Assembly (NCBI GenBank): GCA_002698665.1
Contig: NZZP01000017.1
Coordinates: 13,436 to 77,435 of the forward strand
Origin: Gammaproteobacteria bacterium
GTDB taxonomy: Bacteria; Pseudomonadota; Gammaproteobacteria; GCA-002705445; GCA-002716945
DNA: 64,000 bases
Reading direction: 5' to 3'
Part shown: one piece after another, positions 33,923 through 42,615 of the stretch
Layout: each line of letters begins with the position of its first letter
Position numbering within the stretch: position 1 is the stretch's first letter
Notes under the pieces: generated by a model
Databases searched by the model: none
Told to the model about the DNA's origin: nothing
The model's input: the letters and a program-made list of their open reading frames with translations, nothing else
Position numbers and translations under genes: made by a program

Positions 33923-34976
33923 TTATACTCTTATATTTATCTATGATTTTATTTTGATATTTTGGCATCCCAAACTCTATGTTTGATAGATTATACCAAT
34001 TATCAGGCGATAGGCTAATCTTTTTATTTGATTTAACTTTATAAAATATGACATTAAAGCTAAATTTTATATGTGAGAGATGATGAACAAATTTCCATAT
34101 GGTATGTTCTTTATTAAGTTCTATATTATGGATTTTAATCCAATCTGATAGCTCTCCATAATTTTTAAATAATGGCGATGAATACAACCCTCTCCACAAT
34201 CCATTATAGTTTACAGATTCTAAGAAAAATTGATTCTTTGAATTTACTAGCACCATAACCCAAATATTATTTTCTTTAATTTTTGGCTTATTTATTTCAT
34301 TTGAATTTAAAAAACCTTTTGTATGAGAAATGCAATATTTTACAACAGGACAAATTCCACAATTAGGTTTTTTAGGCGTACATATCATAGATCCAATATC
34401 CATATATGCTTGTATAAATTCACTTGCTTTGTCATTTGGCAATAAAAGTGTTGAGTAATCCCAAAGATACTTATTATTTTTTGTAGTATTCTCTATTCTT
34501 AAAAGTCTTGAGAGAAATCTCTTAACATTTGCATCAAGAATGCTATAAGCTCCATTGCCTGAAAAAGTAAGGATTGCAGAAGCAGTTGTTTTCCCTATAC
34601 CTGGAAGAAGTATAAGATCATCATAATTTACAGGTAACTTACCATTATGTTTTTTTTTCAATATTTCACAAGTTTTAAAAATATTTTCAGCTCTTCTATA
34701 AAATCCCAGGCCACTCCATAGTTTTAAGATATCATTTTTCTTTGCTTTTAGAAGATCTGATATTGTAGGATATTTCTGAATAAATTTTTGATAGTAAGGT
34801 ATCACTGATTTTACTTGAGTTTGTTGTAACATTATCTCTGATATCCAGATTTTATAGATATCATTTACTTTCCAAGGTAGATTATGTCTGCCATTATTTG
34901 AATACCATTTGAGCAATGCCTCTTGAATTACCGATATGGTATCAAAATGGGAGTTTGATTTTATCTTTAAGCTCAT
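33909..34976 (-). CDS. mutY: A/G-specific adenine DNA glycosylase
   Basis: NLPWKVNDIYKIWISEIMLQQTQV helix-hairpin-helix region, an Fe-S cluster cysteine motif (CTPKKPNCGICPVVKYC) and a NUDIX-like C-terminus. Confidence 0.9.
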   Translation of the reverse strand: MSLKIKSNSHFDTISVIQEALLKWYSNNGRHNLPWKVNDIYKIWISEIMLQQTQVKSVIPYYQKFIQKYPTISDLLKAKKNDILKLWSGLGFYRRAENIFKTCEILKKKHNGKLPVNYDDLILLPGIGKTTASAILTFSGNGAYSILDANVKRFLSRLLRIENTTKNNKYLWDYSTLLLPNDKASEFIQAYMDIGSMICTPKKPNCGICPVVKYCISHTKGFLNSNEINKPKIKENNIWVMVLVNSKNQFFLESVNYNGLWRGLYSSPLFKNYGELSDWIKIHNIELNKEHTIWKFVHHLSHIKFSFNVIFYKVKSNKKISLSPDNWYNLSNIEFGMPKYQNKIIDKYKSINDYN

Positions 34977-35739
34977 CTATTACTTTATCCTTAATGTCAT
35001 CTACAATCTTATCTTTAATTGGATTAATTTTCTTTTTGATAATTTTTTCTAAATCAATTGATATTGATAGGTTTTCCATTTTACCACTAATAATAATTGG
35101 CAATTCTTCACCAGATAGTTTTTCTGGGTATCTGTTTATATATTGTTGGCTTACATCGATCTTATCTAAAATCTCACCAGTTAGATTAATCGAAGTATTC
35201 TTATCATCAATGTTAATTTTACCTTGCCCACTTGCCTGCAATAATTGAGATTTCATAACAATATTACTAATGATCATAGCATTATCTCTTACAATAGCAG
35301 ATGCAGACATATGTTTTAAGTTTGTAATATTATTTGTATCTAAACTAATATTTTGTAATGATAAAATAGAATATGTTTTCAAAAGAATATCATCTATATT
35401 TATCCCATAATATCTCAGATTTATTGCTTCAATTTTTTTAACATCTAAAATTTTATCTTTAATTTTTTCTGTAGCAACAATCATATTTAGTTCTTGGATT
35501 TCTACAATTAAATTATTATTTTCAAAAACTCTTATATTAGGAACTGAAACAACTGATTCTGGAGTATAAATAATATTAATATCTCCTTCATATGTTATTT
35601 CTAAACCTGTCTTCGAAGAGAGATAAGTCTCTATTTCATGCTTGAAATCATTTGGATTAAAAAAAAATAGAAAATAAAAGATAATGCTAATAATAATAAT
35701 CAAGATAATTAGAAGAATTTTTTTGAATATATTAATCAT
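34942..35739 (-). CDS. Short AsmA-like membrane-anchored protein (possibly a truncated asmA-family gene)
   Basis: N-terminal TM anchor followed by a beta-rich periplasmic region and a K/D-rich repeat tail. AsmA-family genes neighbour mutY in Pseudomonas-like genomes. Weak call. Confidence 0.35.
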   Translation of the reverse strand: MINIFKKILLIILIIIISIIFYFLFFFNPNDFKHEIETYLSSKTGLEITYEGDINIIYTPESVVSVPNIRVFENNNLIVEIQELNMIVATEKIKDKILDVKKIEAINLRYYGINIDDILLKTYSILSLQNISLDTNNITNLKHMSASAIVRDNAMIISNIVMKSQLLQASGQGKINIDDKNTSINLTGEILDKIDVSQQYINRYPEKLSGEELPIIISGKMENLSISIDLEKIIKKKINPIKDKIVDDIKDKVIDELKDKIKLPF

Positions 35740-36209
35740 TTCTCTCTTTTAAAATCACCTGACTTACCACCTTTTTTCATTAACAGTTTAACTTCTTTTA
35801 TAATCATATTTCTATCTATGTATTTACACATATCGTATATAGTCAATAAAGCTACTTCTGTTGCAAATAAAGCCTCAATCTCAACACCTGTTTTACCTTC
35901 ACTTATTACCTCGCAAGTACAAATTATATCTAAATCAATAATTTCAAAATTTATAGTAACAGACTTCAACAAAATCTGATGCGTTAATGGTATGAGTGAA
36001 GATGTATTTTTTGCAGCTTGAATGCCTGCAACTTGAGATACAGCTAAGACATCTCCTTTCTTATTTAGTTTATTGTTTATAGATGATATCACATCACTAT
36101 TTACTGATATTGTTCCTATAGCAACTGCTTTTCTAAGTGTGACTGATTTTTCTGATATATTAACCATTCTAACGTTACCGTACTGATCTATGTGATTGCT
36201 TTTTTTCAT
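35736..36209 (-). CDS. moaC: Cyclic pyranopterin monophosphate synthase MoaC
   Basis: MoaC motifs (GNVRMVNISEK...GDVLAVSQVAGIQAAK...GVEIEAL). Confidence 0.9.
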   Translation of the reverse strand: MKKSNHIDQYGNVRMVNISEKSVTLRKAVAIGTISVNSDVISSINNKLNKKGDVLAVSQVAGIQAAKNTSSLIPLTHQILLKSVTINFEIIDLDIICTCEVISEGKTGVEIEALFATEVALLTIYDMCKYIDRNMIIKEVKLLMKKGGKSGDFKREK

Positions 36210-36266
36210 ACATTTGTCTTATAATCTTTATATTCTATACTATATAAAGCAAATATAAAATTTAAG

Positions 36267-36869
36267 GTGGTTATGGATATTATTCTTGCTTCAAAAAATC
36301 AAGACAAAATTATTGAAATTAAGAAAATCTTAAACAAGTCTAAAATAACTCTGAAAACATGTCATGATTTAGCGATACCAGATGTTGAAGAAACAGGCTC
36401 TACTTTTGTAGAGAATGCAATATTAAAAGCCAGAAGTGCATCGATTGTGACAGGGCTAGCTGCTATAGCTGACGATTCTGGTATTGAGGTAGATTTTTTG
36501 AATTCAAGACCAGGTGTTAAATCTGCAAGGTACTCTGGGGAAAACGCTACAAATGAGAGCAACAATACTAAATTACTTAGAGAATTAAATGGGGTGCCTT
36601 ATAATAAGAGGAAGGCATGTTATAGGTGTGTGATAGTTTTTATGAGATATCCAAATGATCCATTCCCGATAATTTCAAGTGGGAGCTGGAAAGGTTATAT
36701 TGCTGAGAGTATGAGAGGAACAAATGGTTTCGGATATGATCCATTGTTTTTTTTGCCAGAATTTAATAAAACTTCAGCTGAACTCTCAACAATTAAAAAA
36801 AATAGCATAAGCCATAGAGCCCAGGCATTAAAAGATTTAGAGAAATATTTTAAAGAGAACTATAAATAG
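36267..36869 (+). CDS. rdgB: dITP/XTP pyrophosphatase (RdgB/Ham1)
   Basis: IILASKNQDKIIEIKKIL N-terminus and Ham1 family pattern (GFGYDPLFF). Confidence 0.9.
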   Translation: MVMDIILASKNQDKIIEIKKILNKSKITLKTCHDLAIPDVEETGSTFVENAILKARSASIVTGLAAIADDSGIEVDFLNSRPGVKSARYSGENATNESNNTKLLRELNGVPYNKRKACYRCVIVFMRYPNDPFPIISSGSWKGYIAESMRGTNGFGYDPLFFLPEFNKTSAELSTIKKNSISHRAQALKDLEKYFKENYK

Positions 36870-38363
36870 ATGTATATTTTTCCAAAGGTATTTAAAGTGC
36901 TTATCCTTTCTTGCTGTTTTGTAATTTATGGGTGTGCAACTAATCCTGTCTCAGGAATGCCAGACTTTGTTACAATCACAGAATTACAAGAGATATCTAT
37001 AGGTGCGTCTTACCATGAATCCATTTTAAAAGAATCTAAAATTCTAGATAATAAAGAGTTAAATGACTATTTTGACAATCTTGGACAAAAACTTGCAAAG
37101 AAAAGTCATCGCCCAAATTTGAAATGGACTTTTACTATTATCGATGATCCAACCTTTAATGCTTTTGCAACTCCAGGCGGTTATGTGTACATGTATAGAG
37201 GAATGTTAAATTACTTTAACTCAGAAGACGAATTGGCTGGTGTTATAGGGCATGAGATAGGTCATATCACAGCTAGGCATGCAGTAAGAGGGATGAGTAC
37301 AGCCCAACTCACTAATTTGTTATTAGGTATACTACAATCAAATGTTCCGGGAGGACAACTTACAGGTAATGCATTCAATCTTGTAAATGTAATTATAAAT
37401 AGAGGGTATAGTAGGAAATTTGAATTAGAAGCAGATCAACTTGGTGAAGAATATCTAGAAAATAATGATTATAATCCAAATGCCATGGCAGCATTCTTAA
37501 AAACACTAATGAATTCCGATGAACTAGAAAAAAAGATAGCTGAAACAGAAAATAGAGAACCTAATATAGGATACCATGGGATTTTTTCAACACATCCTGA
37601 TAATGAAAAAAGAATTAAGGCGCTTGAACAAAATAAGCTCAAAACATCTAGTAAAGACGATAATAAGGAAAAATTTCTTAAACTTTTAGACGGTTCACTC
37701 TATGGCACAAGTCCTGAGGAAGGTTATGTAAAAGATTCAGTATTTTATCATCCTATTTTTGCAATAAAATTTACTATTAATGAAGATTGGCAGTTTAAAA
37801 ATGATCCAGATAAATTAGTTTTTTTAAGAGATAAAGATAGAATGATATTAAGGGCAGATGAACTTCTGCAAGATGATTTAGATAATGGTTTAAATCCAGA
37901 GCAATATCTCAAAAATGGTATAGATAAAACATCCTTCTTGTCAACAAATAAAGAAATCAGTTCTCAGCCTATAAGCTATAATGGTTTAAATGGGCATACT
38001 ATGCTGTATCATTCAAAGAGTCTTATGGATTCATCTTATAAACGATTTACTGTGATTTTTGATTTGAAGACCAAAAATATGAAACCAAAAGCATGGATTG
38101 CTGTGACAACTTTAAAAAATCTTGATAACGATGAGACATCCTTATCAATGTTAAAAACTTTTAGTAAAATGACAGATAGTGAGGTTGAAAATTCTAGAGG
38201 ACTGAGGATTAAGGTTATTAGATTTCGTGAGGGTATGTCATACGAAAAACTAGCAAAATCCTCACCATTAGGTAATTATTCTATAGATAAGCTCCGACTA
38301 CTAAATGGGCATTACCCAAATAGTAATCCCAAAGTAGGAGATTTAATAAAAATTGTCGAATGA
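36870..38363 (+). CDS. M48 family zinc metallopeptidase, probable lipoprotein
   Basis: HEIGH zinc motif (GVIGHEIGHITARH), an N-terminal signal or lipobox-like sequence ending in GCATNP, and a long C-terminal extension. Confidence 0.8.
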   Translation: MYIFPKVFKVLILSCCFVIYGCATNPVSGMPDFVTITELQEISIGASYHESILKESKILDNKELNDYFDNLGQKLAKKSHRPNLKWTFTIIDDPTFNAFATPGGYVYMYRGMLNYFNSEDELAGVIGHEIGHITARHAVRGMSTAQLTNLLLGILQSNVPGGQLTGNAFNLVNVIINRGYSRKFELEADQLGEEYLENNDYNPNAMAAFLKTLMNSDELEKKIAETENREPNIGYHGIFSTHPDNEKRIKALEQNKLKTSSKDDNKEKFLKLLDGSLYGTSPEEGYVKDSVFYHPIFAIKFTINEDWQFKNDPDKLVFLRDKDRMILRADELLQDDLDNGLNPEQYLKNGIDKTSFLSTNKEISSQPISYNGLNGHTMLYHSKSLMDSSYKRFTVIFDLKTKNMKPKAWIAVTTLKNLDNDETSLSMLKTFSKMTDSEVENSRGLRIKVIRFREGMSYEKLAKSSPLGNYSIDKLRLLNGHYPNSNPKVGDLIKIVE

Positions 38364-39270
38364 ATTAGCACATAAAAATTCATATCTAGTTGATTCGACT
38401 GGGTTTGTTTTGAAGTATTGGTTTTCACTTCCTCCGGTAAAAACTTTTAAATATGAATCTATAGCTGCTTTTCTAGGTTTCACAAGCTTTGTTATAAGGT
38501 TGATTAATAAATATGAACCAAAGTATATTAGTTTCGCTTTTGATGAATCATTAGGGACATGTTTTAGAAATAATATCTATATTGATTATAAAAAAAATCG
38601 AGAAACTGCTCCTGAGGAGTTGAAAAAACAGTTTGGGTTATGTAGGAAATTTCTAGATTTGATGGGTTTGCACAATTCTGCTAGTACATCTTATGAAGCT
38701 GATGATATTTTATATACAATATCTAAATGTTGTAGGGATAAAGGTTTGTCTAATATCATTCTTACAAATGATAAAGATTTATATCAATTGATATATAAAG
38801 ACGATTTATGGTGGGATTACCGAGATAAAAAATATTCGTATCGTGATCTCGAAGAAAATTTAGGATTCCAACCACAAAAAATGCCAGATTATTTAGCTTT
38901 AATGGGCGATCCCGTTGATAATATTCCGGGTGCACCAGGACTTGGACAAAAAACTGCCTCGATACTCATGAAAACTTTTGGTAACTTGGATAAAATACTC
39001 AGTGAAGTTGAAAGCATTCCGGATAAACTGGGGAGCAAATACAAAAGATTTGTTAAGATTATAAAAGATAATCATAAAATGATTCATCTTTCAAAAAAAC
39101 TAGCTACACTAGAATATATCGAAGCGTCTAGAATAGAAATTGAGAATATTCAACCAAGAGATATTGATGTTAATGGTATAGAGGACTTTTTAAATGATAT
39201 GGGTATGGATAAAAAACAAATTTCTTCCTGGTTATTAAACATAAAAAAATTACAATATGAAAAAAAATAA
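38353..39270 (+). CDS. Stand-alone 5'-3' exonuclease / flap endonuclease (Xni/ExoIX-like, related to the PolA N-terminal domain)
   Basis: PolA N-terminal-like motifs: FAFDESLGTCFRNNIYIDYKKNR and LMGDPVDNIPGAPGLGQKTA (helix-hairpin-helix). Confidence 0.8.
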   Translation: MSNELAHKNSYLVDSTGFVLKYWFSLPPVKTFKYESIAAFLGFTSFVIRLINKYEPKYISFAFDESLGTCFRNNIYIDYKKNRETAPEELKKQFGLCRKFLDLMGLHNSASTSYEADDILYTISKCCRDKGLSNIILTNDKDLYQLIYKDDLWWDYRDKKYSYRDLEENLGFQPQKMPDYLALMGDPVDNIPGAPGLGQKTASILMKTFGNLDKILSEVESIPDKLGSKYKRFVKIIKDNHKMIHLSKKLATLEYIEASRIEIENIQPRDIDVNGIEDFLNDMGMDKKQISSWLLNIKKLQYEKK

Positions 39271-40519
39271 AAAAAATATATTCTATGCCCAGTCTGGGGG
39301 AGTCACACCAGTAATAAATGCAACTGCTGCCGGATTAATTGATTCACTATCCAAGAATCAAAATAAATATGGAAAGTTACTTATCGGGAAGAATGGTATA
39401 GCCGGGGCAATAAATGAAGAGCTTATTGATGTTGCACGTGAAAAAAAAACTGAAATCAAAAAACTTATTCATACACCAGGAGGTGCTTTTGGTTCATGTA
39501 GAATAAAATTAAAAGATCATAAAAAGAATAAAAAAGAGTTTGAGAGAATACTTGAAGTGTTTAAAGCACATAATATTGGTTATTTTTTATATAATGGCGG
39601 TGGGGATTCACAGGATACTACATTAAAACTTTCAGAATTCTGTACTACTAATAATTACGATTTAAAATGCATTGGATTACCTAAAACAATTGATAATGAT
39701 CTTCCTGTTACAGATAATTGTCCTGGTTATGGATCTGTTGCAAAGTATATTGCTACATCAACTTATGAAGCATCCTTAGATGTAGCATCTATGGCAAATA
39801 GTTCTACAAAAGTTTTTTTATTGGAGGTTATGGGTAGGCATGCGGGCTGGCTGGCAGCATCGTCAGGAATAATAAAAAATATATCGAAGGATCCACCTCA
39901 TATAATTTTATTTCCTGAAATAGAATTTAATGAAAAAAATTTTCTTTCAAAAGTAAAAAACTGTATTAATAAAAATGACTATTGTGTAATAGTTGCTTCA
40001 GAGGGTATAAAAGATAATTATGGTGAATTTTTAGCTGCAAGCAAAACCAAAGATAGCTTTGGCCATGCACACTTAGGAGGAGTTGCGCCAAAACTAAGCA
40101 ACCTAATCACAAACAAATTAGGATATAAAGTTCACTGGGCGGTTTCTGATTATTTACAGAGAGCTGCTAGACACATCAGTTCGAGTACAGATGTAAAGCA
40201 AGCATATGCAATTGGATATGCTTCACTTAATCTAATTAATAAAGGTATCGACGGAGTAATGCTGACAATTAAGAGCAAAAAAGGGGGCTCTTACAAATGG
40301 AGTGTAGGTTACACAAATCTCTCAAATGTAGCAAACATTGAAAAAAAATTACCCAAAAATTATATAACTAAAGATGGTTATGGTATTACAGCTAAATGTA
40401 GGAAATATATTAATAATCTTGTATATGGTGAAGACTATCCTCCATTCAAGAATGGAGTTCCGGACTATGCAAAACTTAAACATCCTTTAGTTCCAAAAAA
40501 ACTTAGAAAATTTAAGTAA
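39257..40519 (+). CDS. pfk: 6-phosphofructokinase, long (~420 aa) type, possibly PPi-dependent
   Basis: PFK family motifs SGGVTPVINA, NGGGDSQDT and GLPKTIDNDL. The length and the GGGDS variant are consistent with the PPi-dependent / group III long PFKs. The cofactor call is inference. Confidence 0.8.
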   Translation: MKKNKKNIFYAQSGGVTPVINATAAGLIDSLSKNQNKYGKLLIGKNGIAGAINEELIDVAREKKTEIKKLIHTPGGAFGSCRIKLKDHKKNKKEFERILEVFKAHNIGYFLYNGGGDSQDTTLKLSEFCTTNNYDLKCIGLPKTIDNDLPVTDNCPGYGSVAKYIATSTYEASLDVASMANSSTKVFLLEVMGRHAGWLAASSGIIKNISKDPPHIILFPEIEFNEKNFLSKVKNCINKNDYCVIVASEGIKDNYGEFLAASKTKDSFGHAHLGGVAPKLSNLITNKLGYKVHWAVSDYLQRAARHISSSTDVKQAYAIGYASLNLINKGIDGVMLTIKSKKGGSYKWSVGYTNLSNVANIEKKLPKNYITKDGYGITAKCRKYINNLVYGEDYPPFKNGVPDYAKLKHPLVPKKLRKFK

Positions 40520-41549
40520 TCTTTTCCAGAATTCTCTTATAGCTAATTGCTAAATGATCTCTATTGTCAATTATTGATTCCAATGCATCTATGAATTTAG
40601 AATCACCATTTAGACAAGGGATATAATCAAACTTTTTCCCACCACTTTCTAAAAATAGCTCTCTGGACTCTTCGTTTATCTCTTCTATAGTCTCCAGACA
40701 GTCTGAGACAAATCCTGGGCAAAATACTTGTATGTCATCTTCATTAGATTTGCCAAGCTTTTCTAAAGTCTCAGCAAGATATGGTTTTATCCACTCAGCT
40801 TTACCAAATCTGGATTGAAAAACAATATCATACGACTCGGGTTTAAGTTGTAATTTTTCTACAATTAGTTTAGCTGTCTTGAAACACTGATCTTGATATG
40901 GCTCATCACTGGCGATATAAGACTGAGGTATTCCATGAAATGATAGTAATAACTTCTTTGAGGATGAAAATTTTTTTCGGTGATTTATGATTCTATCAAC
41001 TAATGCGCTAATATATTTTTCATTTGTATGAAAATCTTTAATGATATTTATTGTTAAATTATTATCAAAATTATTATGTTTTCGTGAAATCTCGTGAATT
41101 TTAGATGCTATTGATTTAGTTGTGGTTGTTGAATATTGAGGAAACATTGGCAGGATAAGGATATTACTAAGCCCGTTTTGATAATATTCTGTAATCTTGT
41201 TCTCAAGGCTTGGTTCGCCATAACGCATAGCGACATCTATTAGAATATTGCCATCTGATTTATCAGCATACCTTTTTCTAAGCAAACCTGCTTGTAAATA
41301 AGTATTATACAGTAGAGGAGATCCCCATTTTGTCCAAACTTTTTTATAAAGTTCTGCGCTTTTCTTTGGTCTAAATCTTAGGATAATTAAATGTAATATA
41401 GGTAGCCAAAAAATTCTGGGCATTCTAATAACATCTTTATCAGACAAAAATTCAGCTAAATATTTTCTTACTTCTTTAGTTTCTGGCTTACTAGGTGTGC
41501 CTAGATTTACCAATAAAACTAATGTGGTATCTGAATATTTCGAATTCAT
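40512..41549 (-). CDS. hemH: Ferrochelatase
   Basis: LVNLGTPSKPETKEVRKYLAEFLSDKDVI N-terminus and a 345-aa HemH family protein. Confidence 0.95.
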   Translation of the reverse strand: MNSKYSDTTLVLLVNLGTPSKPETKEVRKYLAEFLSDKDVIRMPRIFWLPILHLIILRFRPKKSAELYKKVWTKWGSPLLYNTYLQAGLLRKRYADKSDGNILIDVAMRYGEPSLENKITEYYQNGLSNILILPMFPQYSTTTTKSIASKIHEISRKHNNFDNNLTINIIKDFHTNEKYISALVDRIINHRKKFSSSKKLLLSFHGIPQSYIASDEPYQDQCFKTAKLIVEKLQLKPESYDIVFQSRFGKAEWIKPYLAETLEKLGKSNEDDIQVFCPGFVSDCLETIEEINEESRELFLESGGKKFDYIPCLNGDSKFIDALESIIDNRDHLAISYKRILEKIT

Positions 41550-41569
41550 CTAACTATTGTAAAGCAATG

Positions 41570-42154
41570 CTAAAGATTTGTGTATCTTTCATAAAGAGGG
41601 CTAGACTTAGAAATGTGTGAAATGAGAAACTCCATTTGGTCTGCTAAAATTGTTCTGCCACGTAGTATTAAATATTCAACCCTTGATGGACTAAAAGGTA
41701 TGGCCAATAACATCATATTTGCATCCTCTGGCGTTCTACCGCCTTTGTGGTTATTACATCGTTTGCATGCTGTAACGACATTTGTCCACTTGTCTTCCCC
41801 ACCCATTGACAAGGGCACCACATGATCCCTAGACAATTCTTTAAAGCTAAATTTGTTTCCACAATATAGGCATCTATTCGCATCTCTCTTAAAAAGAGTA
41901 GAATTTGTCAAAGAAGGCGTAAATGCTGAATAATCGAGCTTACTCATATTCCTAGTGGCAACTATAGAATTAATATTTAATGAGCTTCTAAGGCTTGTTA
42001 TGCGGTTATAACCGCCTCTTAATATGATATTAGATGATCCACATTCATAAACCACTTGATCAGTGTAATATAATCGTGCAGCTGTCTCGTGATTAATCCA
42101 ACCAATCGGCTGGCCAGCTGAATTCAGCCTTAAAATTTGTTGATTCATGACCAT
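41570..42154 (-). CDS. HNH endonuclease domain protein (McrA-like)
   Basis: C-terminal HNH/zinc motif CLYCGNKFSFKELSRDHVVPLSMGGEDKWTNVVTACKRCNNHKGGRTPEDA, and an N-terminal ~90-aa domain of unknown function. Confidence 0.8.
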   Translation of the reverse strand: MVMNQQILRLNSAGQPIGWINHETAARLYYTDQVVYECGSSNIILRGGYNRITSLRSSLNINSIVATRNMSKLDYSAFTPSLTNSTLFKRDANRCLYCGNKFSFKELSRDHVVPLSMGGEDKWTNVVTACKRCNNHKGGRTPEDANMMLLAIPFSPSRVEYLILRGRTILADQMEFLISHISKSSPLYERYTNL

Positions 42155-42424
42155 ATAAGGAATTATATATCATATTTCTTATATAGACGTTAAATTTTAA
42201 TAGTCTTCGTCCTGAATTTTATCTCAACACTATAATTCCACTCTCAGACAGATAATGAATGTATCTCGAAAACTAAATATATATGTCTCATAAGTGCTTG
42301 AAACTAGCATTATAAGCCCTTAAAAATAGCAGTGCTGCACACTTTATTAACATAATTAACTTTGCTGCATTTACATAGTCTTAATAAAACTCAATAAAAC
42401 CTAAATATTTATTAGATGTGTAAC

Positions 42425-42460
42425 TAATTGATTATTAAACATTTTTATAATTGATTATTA
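42425..42460. repeat. Two direct copies of the AT-rich 13-mer TAATTGATTATTA (42425-42437 and 42448-42460), which look like a DNA unwinding element
   Basis: Exact 13/13 direct repeat separated by 10 bp of AT-only sequence, about 60 bp left of the DnaA-box cluster. Confidence 0.5.
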
Positions 42461-42517
42461 TTTATACAATGTGGGCAGACGTAAAATTTAAAACCAATAA
42501 TTAAATAATTACTCTAT

Positions 42518-42553
42518 TTATCCACAACTTTATCCACACAAACTGTGGATAAA
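42518..42553. promoter_or_regulatory. Cluster of three perfect DnaA boxes: TTATCCACA at 42518-42526 and 42530-42538, and inverted TGTGGATAA at 42545-42553
   Basis: Exact matches to the TTATNCACA consensus, two direct and one inverted within 36 bp. They lie in a 460-bp AT-rich divergent intergenic region upstream of priA. Confidence 0.65.
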
Positions 42554-42615
42554 CCACAGATAATATAAAGACATTGAGAAATGACAAAAAATATTGACAT
42601 TGAGTATAATGAGAT

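Noticed and set aside
34916-35248. 110-aa plus-strand ORF spanning the mutY / asmA-like junction
   Set aside because: It is antisense to two co-directional genes and has a low-complexity hydrophobic composition, so it is likely spurious.
42594-42610. Perfect TTGACA and TATAAT hexamers just upstream of priA as a sigma70 promoter
   Set aside because: The hexamers are only 5 nt apart (17 ± 1 is required). Any promoter here must use other elements.
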